In this document: one piece after another, positions 1 to 9,660 of the stretch
Layout of the letters: the number at the start of each line of letters is the position of its first letter
Position numbering within the stretch: position 1 is the stretch's first letter
Source: a virus
Lineage: Duplodnaviria; Caudoviricetes
Direction: 5' to 3' (one strand)
Virus record (IMG/VR): IMGVR_UViG_3300049595_005065
DNA length: 64,000 bases
Position numbers and translations under genes: made by a program
The notes under the pieces: model-generated
Database searches by the model: none
Told to the model about the DNA's origin: nothing
The model's input: the letters and a program-made list of their open reading frames with translations, nothing else

Positions 1-339
1 CTCTCCCCGCGGCGCATCCGGAAGATCCGCTCGTTCTCCCAGCCGGTGGCCGAGGGCTCGACCATCATCGAGACCGGCGATGAGCTGAACGACGGCGGCG
101 TGGCCAGCACGATCCCCGGCAGCACCCGCGCCGCCGACGCCTGGCTCGATTTCGTGTACGACGATCTGGGCGCGACTGACAAGCTCATCATGGACATGAC
201 CCTGGGCCGGAACGGGCGGCGGCGAACCAGCACGCAAGAGATCGCCAGGCGTCTTAATATCACGCCCGGCGCCGTGAGTCAGCGCGCCGCCAAGATTCAG
301 GCCATGCTCGACAAGCGATACACCCAGGGAGGCTTCTGA
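1..339 (+). CDS. sigma70-family RNA polymerase sigma factor, C-terminal part (5' truncated by window)
   Basis: Frame 1 is open from base 1 (LSPRRIRKIR...). It ends in a region-4-like HTH: LIMDMTLGRNGRRRTSTQEIARRLNITPGAVSQRAAKI. Confidence 0.7.
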   Translation, partial: LSPRRIRKIRSFSQPVAEGSTIIETGDELNDGGVASTIPGSTRAADAWLDFVYDDLGATDKLIMDMTLGRNGRRRTSTQEIARRLNITPGAVSQRAAKIQAMLDKRYTQGGF

Positions 340-830
340 TGGCCCACGGAACACCCAAAGGCGTCGTTGACGACAAGTTCAAGGACCGGATCAAGGACCT
401 GGAGGATTACGCCCGGAGCTGCGCCGAGCAGATCAAGACTTGGAGCGAGCCGCGAAAGTGGGCCACTCCGGAGAAGATGAAGGACCGCGATCTGCTGGAC
501 GTCCCGAGCCTGCACGATCCTTGCTGGGACCGCAACAACATCAACCGGATCTACTCCGAGCAGATCCTCAACGACTACGGCGACAAAGGCGGCACGGTCG
601 GCGACCTGATCGCCATGAAGTGGCAAGCCGATTTCATGGCCGTCGAGGAGCGCGCCTTCCGGCTCCGGCACGCCTCGATGGCGCGCTGCATGGCGGTGGC
701 CCACGGGCGGCTGGACGGGCACGGCATCACCGAGCACGGGATCTTCTCGTACCTTCGGCGCACGGTACAGGCCTACATCGACACCGGGCGCGCCAACACA
801 GCACCCGACCCCAAAGACGATTACGCGTGA
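339..830 (+). CDS. hypothetical protein in baseplate operon
   Basis: 163 aa, GC3-biased codons, TGATG overlap with the upstream stop. Confidence 0.75.
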   Translation: MAHGTPKGVVDDKFKDRIKDLEDYARSCAEQIKTWSEPRKWATPEKMKDRDLLDVPSLHDPCWDRNNINRIYSEQILNDYGDKGGTVGDLIAMKWQADFMAVEERAFRLRHASMARCMAVAHGRLDGHGITEHGIFSYLRRTVQAYIDTGRANTAPDPKDDYA

Positions 831-838
831 GGTAAACC

Positions 839-1306
839 ATGAGCGTCGCAGACTACGCAAACCGCAAGTACGACTACCTGGCTTTCCGCGGCGTCAAGCC
901 GCTGGGCGACCAGCAGCTGCGGCTGGAGCTGTACGACCAGACTACCAGCGGTCAGATCGCCACGGGCATCCAGAAGCTCGCTCAGCGCTGGGCCCTGGAG
1001 TTTCTCACGGAGCTGGGCTCGATGCCGGGACTGCCCGCGCGTGGTTCGGATTTCATGACCGAGGTCCGGCTGGGCTACCTGCGCACGCAACTGGACGCAA
1101 TCATCGCTTTCAACACGGCTAACTTGTACATCACCCGCACGCTTCGCAACGAAGAGTACGAGGGAATGCCCGACGACGAGCGCTTCGAGTCGGCCACGCT
1201 GGAGGCCGTGGAATTCCTGCCCGGCTACATGAACCTAACTGTTAAGATCAACAGCGTCGCAGGCGACTCGCGCGCCGCGATTCTCCCCATTGAGACACTG
1301 GTGTAG
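839..1306 (+). CDS. baseplate wedge protein, gp25/GpW-like
   Basis: 155 aa; IQKLAQRWALEFLTELGS...RGSDF pattern; lies directly before the J-like gene. Confidence 0.65.
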   Translation: MSVADYANRKYDYLAFRGVKPLGDQQLRLELYDQTTSGQIATGIQKLAQRWALEFLTELGSMPGLPARGSDFMTEVRLGYLRTQLDAIIAFNTANLYITRTLRNEEYEGMPDDERFESATLEAVEFLPGYMNLTVKINSVAGDSRAAILPIETLV

Positions 1307-1314
1307 GTGCTGTT

Positions 1315-2958
1315 ATGGCTCTGGAAATTGGCAGCCTGTCGGAACTCGATAGCGGCAAGATCGACGCGATGTTCGCGACGTTTACGCAACTTATGCAGGA
1401 GCGCCACCCCGAGGTCGAGCTGACCCGCGGCGTCTTTCATGACCTGGTCGTCTATTTCAACGCGGCCCTGAACGCCTCGGTTCGGGAAAACATCGACCGG
1501 GTGCTCGCCAGCAACAGCCTGCTCTCCATCTCGACCAACCCCGAGCTGGCCAACGACACCCTGGTCGACAAAGTCCTCGCGAACTACAACCTGACCCGCG
1601 ACACGGGCAAGCAGGCCGTGGGCGAAGCGACGCTGGTGTTCAATTCGGACACCCAGACCACCATCCTGGAAAGCATCGTCTTCTCGGCCGACGGCATCCA
1701 GTTTCAGCCGACGCAGACGTTCACGGCGCTGCCCACCGGCTCGATTCCCGCCGACGACAGCCAGCGGGTCATGATCGCCGCGGGCGACGGCTCGTACGTC
1801 GTGAACATCCTGCTGCGCGCCGTTGCGGTCGGTGTTGCCGGTAACATCCGCCGGGGCACCAAGCTCGTTCCCGACAACATCATCAACAACACGGCCCAGG
1901 CGTTTGCCGCCGTGGATTTCATCAGCGGCGCCGAGCCGCTCACCAACGCCGAGTACCTCAGCAAGCTCTCGGCGGGGCTGGCTTCCAAGGCGATTGGCGG
2001 GCGGCAGAACTACATCGCTCAGATCCGCAACCAGGCGGCCTTCACGAATATCCCCCATTTGTCGATCCTGGGCTGCGGCGACGTCGAGCAGCAGCGGGAC
2101 CAGCACAGCCTGTTCCCCATCTCCGGCGGCGGCAAGATTGATATCTATGCCCAGACAAACCACGACGCCCAGGAGCAGGAGCACACGCTGGAGGCCGTCT
2201 ACGTCGGCCCGGGTCAGTCCGGGACGAGCTGGCAGGTCGTGCTGGACCGCAACACGGCGCCGGGCTTCTACGAGGTTGTCCGCATCGCCAAGCCGCTTGC
2301 TCCCAACGAGACCGGCTACGCGATCACACAGGACATCCGAAACTTCGACCTCTCGGACCTCGATTTCATCCCGGACGTCGTCAGCGTGCCCGAGGCGGCC
2401 TACACCCGCTACCAGACGGCCGTGATCCGCTTCGAGGACACCGACACCCAGCCGGGCACCCTGGTCCCCCAGACGAGCCGGGCAATCTACTCGGTCACGA
2501 CGACCGGCCTGCCGCTGATCGACGAGCTGCAGGATTACATGTCCGACCGGGACGTCCGCAGCCGCGCCGCCGACGTGCTCGTGAAGGCCGCCGTCCCCTG
2601 TTTCACAAAGATATCTTTCGAGATCCGCAAGGGCGCCAACGACCCGGCGATCGACACGGCGCCGGTCAAGACCGCACTGGTGGCCGCCATTCGGGAGATT
2701 GGCTTCACCGGGCAGCTCCACGCCTCGACAATCTCCGGCGTCGTCCACCAGTTTCTCTCGGGCCGCGCGGCGCTGGGGGCGATTGACATGTTCGGCCGCA
2801 TCCGCCGTCCGGACGGTTCGATCCAGTACGTTCGCGACAACACGCTCCTTCAGATCCCCAACGACCCGACGCGCCTGGTCACCGGGCGCACCACGGCGTT
2901 CCTGATCGGCGAAGAGGACATCGAGATCTCCTTTGTCGCCGCGGGCTTCACGAACTAG
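1315..2958 (+). CDS. baseplate J-like wedge protein (T4 gp6/P2 gpJ family)
   Basis: 547 aa; A.G.ATL.F motif, AVAVGVAGNI (the G..GN motif of Baseplate_J), GAEPLTNAEYL. Confidence 0.8.
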   Translation: MALEIGSLSELDSGKIDAMFATFTQLMQERHPEVELTRGVFHDLVVYFNAALNASVRENIDRVLASNSLLSISTNPELANDTLVDKVLANYNLTRDTGKQAVGEATLVFNSDTQTTILESIVFSADGIQFQPTQTFTALPTGSIPADDSQRVMIAAGDGSYVVNILLRAVAVGVAGNIRRGTKLVPDNIINNTAQAFAAVDFISGAEPLTNAEYLSKLSAGLASKAIGGRQNYIAQIRNQAAFTNIPHLSILGCGDVEQQRDQHSLFPISGGGKIDIYAQTNHDAQEQEHTLEAVYVGPGQSGTSWQVVLDRNTAPGFYEVVRIAKPLAPNETGYAITQDIRNFDLSDLDFIPDVVSVPEAAYTRYQTAVIRFEDTDTQPGTLVPQTSRAIYSVTTTGLPLIDELQDYMSDRDVRSRAADVLVKAAVPCFTKISFEIRKGANDPAIDTAPVKTALVAAIREIGFTGQLHASTISGVVHQFLSGRAALGAIDMFGRIRRPDGSIQYVRDNTLLQIPNDPTRLVTGRTTAFLIGEEDIEISFVAAGFTN

Positions 2959-2968
2959 CAGGTAAGCG

Positions 2969-4549
2969 ATGGCCTCCTTCCTCTATCCTGGATCGGATCT
3001 CGACCGCGGTCGCGTGCTGCTGTCCGTCCTGGGCAGCTTCTGGGCGCGGACCTACACCGCCGTCGACCAGGTGCGCTCCTACACCGCGGCCACGGCGCAG
3101 TCGGTGGCGCAGTCTCAGCGCAACTTGCTCGAGACGGCGGCCGCGCTAAGCCGCTTCGAGGTGCCGCTCTACCACACCGAGAACTGGGTGCCGATCCCGC
3201 TGCGCAAGAGCGAGATGAACACGGGCCTGGTGGGCGTGGCCCGGTTCGACGACGGGCTGGTCACCTTCAATGATTACCGGAACTCGTTCGACCGCCCCAC
3301 GGCCCGGAACACCTACGCGTTCCCGCGCCCGGAGAAGATGGCGGGCGCTGCGCAGATTTTCAACAAGCTGCTGTTTCCCACGGTGGGCCTGGCTGAGGGC
3401 GTCGATTACCTGTTCGACCAGCAGCGCGATGCCATCATCTTCGCCGCCGACCCGTTTGAGCGGCCGGACTTTCACAGACGCATCATCTACGAGAACGCGC
3501 AGCCCGTGGACGAGGAAATCACCGTCTGGGCGTTCCAGGGCCGCTTTGACTACGAGTACGTCTTCACGCAGTTTGCCTACGCCCTGGGCATGCGCCTAAA
3601 AACCAGCCAGGGCTTCAAGGACTTGATGAACGCCGTGATCGACGGCCTGGTGAACGGCGGCGCCACGGCGCTCGACCTGGACCTGGCGCTGTCGGCGATC
3701 ACCGGCGTTCCAGTGGTCGTGGAGCCCGAGGAGACCGTGGAGGTCGTGCAGCTCGACGCCCGCGGACTGTTCATCGCCACGGACAAGAACGTCTACCGCT
3801 TCCCCGAGGCCGCCACCCCGGTCGTGGCCGTAGGCGACCGTGTCCGAGCGGGCCAGTCGCTTGTCGACGCGCTGCAGATCGTGTCCCTGGGCGGCCGAGT
3901 TCCCGAGGAGGTTGCCGCACTGGCGCTGGACGAGGGCTACCTGTCGGCCTGCTTCTACGGCGACCTGGTGTTCGAGAACAAGGCACTGCCGCTCATCGTC
4001 GATACGAACCACCCGAGCGGGTACACCTACGTGTCATTTCCGGTGGGCGGGTTCCCGGCCGACGTCAAGCAGTTTTTCGACGAGATCCACGAGCGCGGTA
4101 TCTGCGCCGCCGAGTGCGACCTGGGCGACTGCAATCCGGCGCTGCGGGCCAAGATGGGGACGCTGGCGCAGGTGCTGGATCGACGGGCGCAGCCCAGCGG
4201 TGAACCCAACGCCAGCCATTTGCCCGCAACGATCAACCCGTTGCAGTTTATTGCGGCGAATATCTTGCGAAACAACGTCTTTTTGGTGCGTATCAAGTCG
4301 CCCTCGTTGGGACAAAATAGGCTCGGTTTATACAATATCAGACACCTGCGTCAGCTCCTGCCGCCCCAGTCCGCCATGATCGTGCTTTACGAAATTGGCG
4401 GCATTCGGGACGCGGTCAGCGGCGCGGACAATGTAACGACCAGCGCGAGCACGTTTACGGGAGCCGAACCGCTCGCCGACGCGGTGACCGAAAACATGTT
4501 GCGGGACGCCGGAGCGACCGCGCGGACGCTATCTGGGACGTGCCAATAA
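2969..4549 (+). CDS. baseplate wedge protein (gp7/P2 gpI-like position)
   Basis: 526 aa immediately after the J-like gene; assignment by synteny only. Confidence 0.5.
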   Translation: MASFLYPGSDLDRGRVLLSVLGSFWARTYTAVDQVRSYTAATAQSVAQSQRNLLETAAALSRFEVPLYHTENWVPIPLRKSEMNTGLVGVARFDDGLVTFNDYRNSFDRPTARNTYAFPRPEKMAGAAQIFNKLLFPTVGLAEGVDYLFDQQRDAIIFAADPFERPDFHRRIIYENAQPVDEEITVWAFQGRFDYEYVFTQFAYALGMRLKTSQGFKDLMNAVIDGLVNGGATALDLDLALSAITGVPVVVEPEETVEVVQLDARGLFIATDKNVYRFPEAATPVVAVGDRVRAGQSLVDALQIVSLGGRVPEEVAALALDEGYLSACFYGDLVFENKALPLIVDTNHPSGYTYVSFPVGGFPADVKQFFDEIHERGICAAECDLGDCNPALRAKMGTLAQVLDRRAQPSGEPNASHLPATINPLQFIAANILRNNVFLVRIKSPSLGQNRLGLYNIRHLRQLLPPQSAMIVLYEIGGIRDAVSGADNVTTSASTFTGAEPLADAVTENMLRDAGATARTLSGTCQ

Positions 4550-4558
4550 GGGAGTATC

Positions 4559-5203
4559 ATGGCCACGGACAAGATTGGAGCAAACGGTTCGGGTGTCCGG
4601 GGGCACGTCACGCTCTGGAGCGTCGACGAAGCCAGCGGCCTGCTCACGCCCCTGCACAGCCAGAAGAACCAGATCGTCCTCTCCTGGGGGCACATCGCGG
4701 CCCGGCAGCTCGGCTTTCGCCCCGGCGCCGGACGCCCCAGCTACCACATCTCGGCGATGTACATCGAGTACGAGAACGTGGGCGACCCGGAGGACCCGGC
4801 GACCGTGGCTTCACTGGGTCGGGACCTCGACCCGGATTACTACTACGGCGAGTTGCTCAGCAGCTCGACCCAGGGCTTCATCCGAGTGCCGCTGCGGACC
4901 GAGCCGGTTCTGGGCGTCTCCACGGTGACCGAGGGCGACTACCCCGGCTACTTCACCGAAGGGACCAACGGCAACCAGCTCACATTCTTCGCCCAGACGT
5001 CGAACGCCGAGGTACAGAACGCTGTGCCGTTTGGCGCCGCCTACAACAGCAAGGTGTACGCCGCAGCGCTGGTGGCCACGCCCGAGTTCTCCGACCACAC
5101 CCAGGACATCGTCTTTGCGCGCACGACCTTCTCGGCCCCCAACCAGGTCACCAAGGAAGCGTCCTCGCAGATCGGCATCACCTGGGACATCGCCTTTGAA
5201 TAG
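4559..5203 (+). CDS. baseplate/tail-fibre attachment protein
   Basis: 214 aa; KNQIV...VFARTTF...VTKEASSQIGITWDIAF resembles baseplate/tail-collar proteins of large phages. Confidence 0.5.
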   Translation: MATDKIGANGSGVRGHVTLWSVDEASGLLTPLHSQKNQIVLSWGHIAARQLGFRPGAGRPSYHISAMYIEYENVGDPEDPATVASLGRDLDPDYYYGELLSSSTQGFIRVPLRTEPVLGVSTVTEGDYPGYFTEGTNGNQLTFFAQTSNAEVQNAVPFGAAYNSKVYAAALVATPEFSDHTQDIVFARTTFSAPNQVTKEASSQIGITWDIAFE

Positions 5204-5210
5204 TCGTTAA

Positions 5211-5249
5211 TTCACACGGATGTGTGAAAGCCTGGGAGGACACGGATGT
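5211..5249 (+). promoter_or_regulatory. putative tandem CsrA/RsmA binding sites overlapping the RBS and start codon
   Basis: ACACGGATGT at 5214-5223 (in hairpin TTCACAC-GGAT-GTGTGAA) and again at 5240-5249 over the ATG; SD GGGAGGA lies between them. Confidence 0.6.
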
Positions 5250-7141
5250 CCAACAGCAACTGGTTCAACAACATCAAGCATGTCACGCCGGGCGAGCCGG
5301 TCAACGCGGGCGTCGTCTCGCGGCCAGACCAGGCGCTCGTCAGCCGCACGAACTATCTCAAGGAACGGCTCGATGCTGCCGCCCTGAATAGCGCGCTGTT
5401 CGACACCGACGCCACGGTGGCCTCCGACGTCCTGCCCGGCCAGCCGGTCTTCTGGAACGCCCAGACCCAGCAGTACGAGAAGGCGCTGGCCGGTGCTGAG
5501 ATCGAGCCCAACACGCAAGTCCCGGTGACGATCCCGTCGAGCGACGTCCTGGGCATCTGTTATCGCAAGAAGTCCGCCACGCTGGCGGATATCGTGCTCC
5601 GCGGCATCGTGCAGCTGCCCGAGATCACCAACGCCGTTGCGGGCACGGTCACGCCGGGCCGCTACTACCTCTCCGCCACGGAGCCGGGCAAGCTCGTCAA
5701 GCAGAAGCCGCCCGTGTCGGTCAACGTCTGCTTTGTGCAGGGCGTCAAGGAAAACTGCGCCGAAGCGCCCTGGGTCGTCGTGATGCCGCAGGTCCGGGAC
5801 TTCCTCGAGGATCACATCCACTACCGCTTTGAGCTGACGGCCCTGCCTGCGGGCGAGCACGACGGCACGACGGCCGCCGAGGACGGCTTCCACACGATCA
5901 CCGACGCCGACGCGGAGCTGCCGGGCTGGCTTCCCGCCGACCACGCGGTTTTCGAGGGCCGCGCGCCGACCGGCGCTAAGTTTGGCTACAACTTCTCCCA
6001 GCACGAGGCGCTTTCGCTTGTCTGGCCGCCGCAGCCGCTGCAGGCGGTGGCCATGCTCTGGGACAAGGGCATTAACCGCGTTGGCGCCACGGAGATCCCG
6101 CTAGGCGCCGAGGGCCTGTGCGTCGTCAACAAGGACGGCATCTGGTGGATGAGCGACTGCTACGCCAACGTGCCGTGGCCTGCGGATCTCGACACGGCAG
6201 ATCCAGGTTCGGAAAGCTCGCTGCCCGAATGCCCGCTGCCCGAGAGCATGCGGGTCGTCATCGTCTACCTGCGGATGCTCTACGGCAATGACCGCAGCGT
6301 AGTGACCAGCCTCAAGCCCGCAGAGGGCAGCCCGATCACGGTGGTCAACTGCGACGGCCTCCCGGCGAACGCGGACAACGCGCTCACCGGCGACCTGGAG
6401 CTGGGACTGAACCTTGAGCTGCTGGACGATCCCACCGAGGTTAACGGCGGCCGGGTCTACAAGCAGATCACCGAGGACTTCAAGTTTCGCAAGGGCTGGA
6501 TCACCGAGGGCGTGCGCCTGGGCGGCGGCCCGCTGGTGATCAGCGGCACGCGCAGCCGTGTGCTCACTGCCGCCGAAAAGACCGCGCTGGAGCTGCCGTC
6601 CAACGACACGTCGCTGCTCCACCAGGGCCTGGTCACCATCGCCTACGAGGACCAGCTCGTTGAGCGCGAGATCTCCCCGCAAATCATTCGCCTGGCCGAC
6701 ACGGTCGAGCGGCTTTACAAGGACATCCCGTACCTGGGGTTCCCCGAGAACTACAACTCGCTGCTCCGCGTCCGGCTCAACGTGCCCAGTTCAAACCTGG
6801 GCGCGCAGCTGGAGATGAAAGTCCGGGTGCAGCTGTTCGGTCGCACGACCGGCCTACTGCCCGCCATGTCGATGACCTACCGGCGGATCACGCGGCCCAC
6901 GACCGCCGCAGTGCCGCTTCCAACGGCCGACGACGAGTACGAACTGGCGTTCAACGTTCCCGGCACATCGCTTGCCGTGGACACAGTGGTTGAGGTCGAG
7001 AGCGAGGCGTTCTGCGTCAAGGAGGGCGACACGATCCTTGTCACGCTGGCGCGCAGCGGCACCGCGGACAGCTACAACGCTGAAGTCGGCATGCTGCGCA
7101 TGACCGGAGTGGTGACTGTATCGTCCACATGCACGGAATAA
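5246..7141 (+). CDS. virion structural protein (tail/baseplate)
   Basis: 631 aa, beta-rich, strong SD, within the structural operon. Confidence 0.6.
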   Translation: MSNSNWFNNIKHVTPGEPVNAGVVSRPDQALVSRTNYLKERLDAAALNSALFDTDATVASDVLPGQPVFWNAQTQQYEKALAGAEIEPNTQVPVTIPSSDVLGICYRKKSATLADIVLRGIVQLPEITNAVAGTVTPGRYYLSATEPGKLVKQKPPVSVNVCFVQGVKENCAEAPWVVVMPQVRDFLEDHIHYRFELTALPAGEHDGTTAAEDGFHTITDADAELPGWLPADHAVFEGRAPTGAKFGYNFSQHEALSLVWPPQPLQAVAMLWDKGINRVGATEIPLGAEGLCVVNKDGIWWMSDCYANVPWPADLDTADPGSESSLPECPLPESMRVVIVYLRMLYGNDRSVVTSLKPAEGSPITVVNCDGLPANADNALTGDLELGLNLELLDDPTEVNGGRVYKQITEDFKFRKGWITEGVRLGGGPLVISGTRSRVLTAAEKTALELPSNDTSLLHQGLVTIAYEDQLVEREISPQIIRLADTVERLYKDIPYLGFPENYNSLLRVRLNVPSSNLGAQLEMKVRVQLFGRTTGLLPAMSMTYRRITRPTTAAVPLPTADDEYELAFNVPGTSLAVDTVVEVESEAFCVKEGDTILVTLARSGTADSYNAEVGMLRMTGVVTVSSTCTE

Positions 7142-7144
7142 GCC

Positions 7145-8092
7145 ATGCCGATCGGGAACTGGAATCTACAGTGGCTTAACCACAACTCGCAGCGCTCCTA
7201 CCCGCTGACCGAGCGCGCTACCAAAACAGACGAACAGGGCACGATCCGGCTGCCCGACAGCTTCATCGTTGCACTCTACCTGCCGGTGCATGCGGGTCTG
7301 GGCCTGGAGCCCGGCAAGTTCTTCGTCAAGAGCGTGCTCATCGCGCCCACCGGGTACAACGTCACCATCGGCTACGACGACGGCGACGAGTACCCTGACG
7401 TCGCCGCGGCGAACATCGCCCGCAGCGCCTTCGCCCCGAACCGCTCTTTTGCGCTGCCCGGCGTCGACCAGTTCGTGGACTCACTGGGCGAAATCGTCAT
7501 TGGGCGCCTCGACGAGATCGACGCCCTGCCGCCTGGGCTGTACGCGTTCACGCCCGCCGCCGGAGAGCTGGAGACGGACGCCATCCGCCCGATGATCCGC
7601 GGCATTCCCCGGCTGCGGGTCGCCAACGGCTTCGAAATCAGCGAGGACATCTACGGTGACGTGACGCTGGTGGCGGGCGCCAACATGCGCATCACGGTGG
7701 AGAGCAGCGGGGGCTCCGACCCGCGGATCACCTTCAGCGCAATCAACGGCGAGAACCTGAACAAGAATTGCGAGTGCCAGACGCCGCGTACCGGAGAGTG
7801 CATCCGCTGCATCAACAACGTCTGCTCGGACGACGGCAACTTCACGTTCGACCCGGGCGACTGCGTTGAAATCGTGGGCACGCCCGGCGGCCTGCGCTTC
7901 AACGACCTCTGTGCCCAGCCCTGCTGCGGCTGCTCCGAGCTGGAGGCGCTGGCCACGGAAGTTGACCGCTTCAGCGACGGCGTGAACACACTTCAAAACT
8001 TCGTGACCCGGTTGAGTTCCGAGGTCACCCAGATGTCCCTGGTCGTACTGGGAAGCCGCCTTGGCGACACCGGTTGCAGCACCTGTAACTGA
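7145..8092 (+). CDS. Cys-rich structural protein, paralog 1
   Basis: N-terminal QWLNHNSQRSYPL, internal GDVTLVAG and INNV..DDGN, Cys-rich C-terminus. Confidence 0.65.
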   Translation: MPIGNWNLQWLNHNSQRSYPLTERATKTDEQGTIRLPDSFIVALYLPVHAGLGLEPGKFFVKSVLIAPTGYNVTIGYDDGDEYPDVAAANIARSAFAPNRSFALPGVDQFVDSLGEIVIGRLDEIDALPPGLYAFTPAAGELETDAIRPMIRGIPRLRVANGFEISEDIYGDVTLVAGANMRITVESSGGSDPRITFSAINGENLNKNCECQTPRTGECIRCINNVCSDDGNFTFDPGDCVEIVGTPGGLRFNDLCAQPCCGCSELEALATEVDRFSDGVNTLQNFVTRLSSEVTQMSLVVLGSRLGDTGCSTCN

Positions 8093-8100
8093 GGGACGCC

Positions 8101-9657
8101 ATGAGCTGCGAAGACTTCACCATTACGCCATCAGGCCGAGCGGGCATCGGCGTCGTTCAGCCCCAGAGCGGCCTTGACTATCCGCTGGTCGCCCCGTCGG
8201 ATGACATTAGATATCTAATCGCCGACTTCTACCTGGCCTACGACGATCCGGGGTTTTACCAGCCCGCCACGCCGCTGCGGCAACACCCGCTTCGCATCAA
8301 GTGGCTGTACGGCGTGGGCTGCGAGGCGGCCGTCAAACCAGTCTGGGCGCCGACGCCTGTGCATGCCGCGGACATCCTGGTCGTCGACGCCAATAACGTG
8401 ACCGTCTTCAATTCGACGCAGCTGGTGTCTCCCGGCGGCGACCCGAACTACTTCGAGTTTTCACAGCGCTCCTGGGGCAACGACTACGAGATTTACCAGT
8501 GGATCGGCTCCAACGTTGTCTGCCGCCTGGTCGTTTACAAGACCTGGCCGCCCTCGGCGATCGCCGCGGCCGATGCGGCGGACTTCTCAGTTGACGAACT
8601 GGTCAAGAAGAACTGGCCCAGCCACCTGTCGCCGACCAGCGCCGTGCTCGACGAGCGGGCCGTCTACAAGATGCCGCGCCGCGTGCGCTCGCTCCGTGTT
8701 GCGCCCACAGCGAGCCAGGGCGCCATTCGGCGGGCTGGGGCGGTTCTGGCCGCCGGGAACAACATGGTCATCGCCGCTGCGGCCCCTGAACTGAGCGGCC
8801 TGCGACGCAACACCGAGATCACCTTCAGCGTCGAGCCGGGCGCTGGGACAGGCAAGTACGAGGACTGCCCGGAGGATCCGACCACCCCCATCTACCAGAT
8901 CAACGGCGTCACGCCGAACCAGTACGGTGACCTAGTGATCGCCGGGCCGAGCTGTCTCTTCGTGCGGCAGCCCACGGCCATCGAGGGCGACGGCGTCCGC
9001 CCGGTGCGCACCTCCGGCGCCGCGACGCTGGCGATCAATACCGACTGTCCGCCCTGCTGCGACTGTTCAGACTACGTCGCCGTGGCGGAGTACATGACGC
9101 GCGTGGGCAATCAGTACGTGCGCATCGGCGAGCGAAGTCACGAAACCAAGCTGCTCCACGAAAGCAACATCGACCGCTGGGCGGAGCAGCGCGAGTGCCG
9201 CCTTTCGCGACCGCTGCGCGTCCTGATGACGCCGCAGAACTGTCCCTTTATGGACGTCGTGATCATGTTCTGCAACCAGTGCCAGACATGCGCCGAAGAC
9301 GTCAAACTGACCGTCCAGCTCAGCAGCTTTCCGGCGGTTAGCTCCGCCGAGATTGTGTGCGGGTACACGTTCCTCTACGCGCCAGGCTACCCCGGCGTGG
9401 AGTTCACGCTCCAGGGGACGTATCCGACCTTTGAAGCCCAGCTGCCCAAAGTCGACGTGGGCAACTCAGCGTACGTCAAGTTTCGCCTGCGCTTCTTACC
9501 AAAGACGTTCCCGTACACCATTACGGCAACGTTAACTGGTACAAACGAAGATCTTCCCATCCGCGCCGGGTGCGAGGTCGATAAACCTGTTGCCAGCGCA
9601 ACGACTGCGGCTTCGTTAAACTGCGACGCAAGCGGCGGCACGATCCAGAGCTGTTAA
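8101..9657 (+). CDS. Cys-rich structural protein, paralog 2
   Basis: SGLDYPL and INGVTPNQYGDL motifs; CPPCCDC. Confidence 0.65.
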   Translation: MSCEDFTITPSGRAGIGVVQPQSGLDYPLVAPSDDIRYLIADFYLAYDDPGFYQPATPLRQHPLRIKWLYGVGCEAAVKPVWAPTPVHAADILVVDANNVTVFNSTQLVSPGGDPNYFEFSQRSWGNDYEIYQWIGSNVVCRLVVYKTWPPSAIAAADAADFSVDELVKKNWPSHLSPTSAVLDERAVYKMPRRVRSLRVAPTASQGAIRRAGAVLAAGNNMVIAAAAPELSGLRRNTEITFSVEPGAGTGKYEDCPEDPTTPIYQINGVTPNQYGDLVIAGPSCLFVRQPTAIEGDGVRPVRTSGAATLAINTDCPPCCDCSDYVAVAEYMTRVGNQYVRIGERSHETKLLHESNIDRWAEQRECRLSRPLRVLMTPQNCPFMDVVIMFCNQCQTCAEDVKLTVQLSSFPAVSSAEIVCGYTFLYAPGYPGVEFTLQGTYPTFEAQLPKVDVGNSAYVKFRLRFLPKTFPYTITATLTGTNEDLPIRAGCEVDKPVASATTAASLNCDASGGTIQSC

Positions 9658-9660
9658 ATC

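Noticed and set aside
1225-2748. Long antisense and alternate-frame ORFs in the track (also 5207-6004, 14683-15609, 43865-45196 and many more)
   Set aside because: Shadow ORFs of GC3-biased genes; Arg/Ala/Pro-rich, no motifs, and fully overlap better-supported CDSs.
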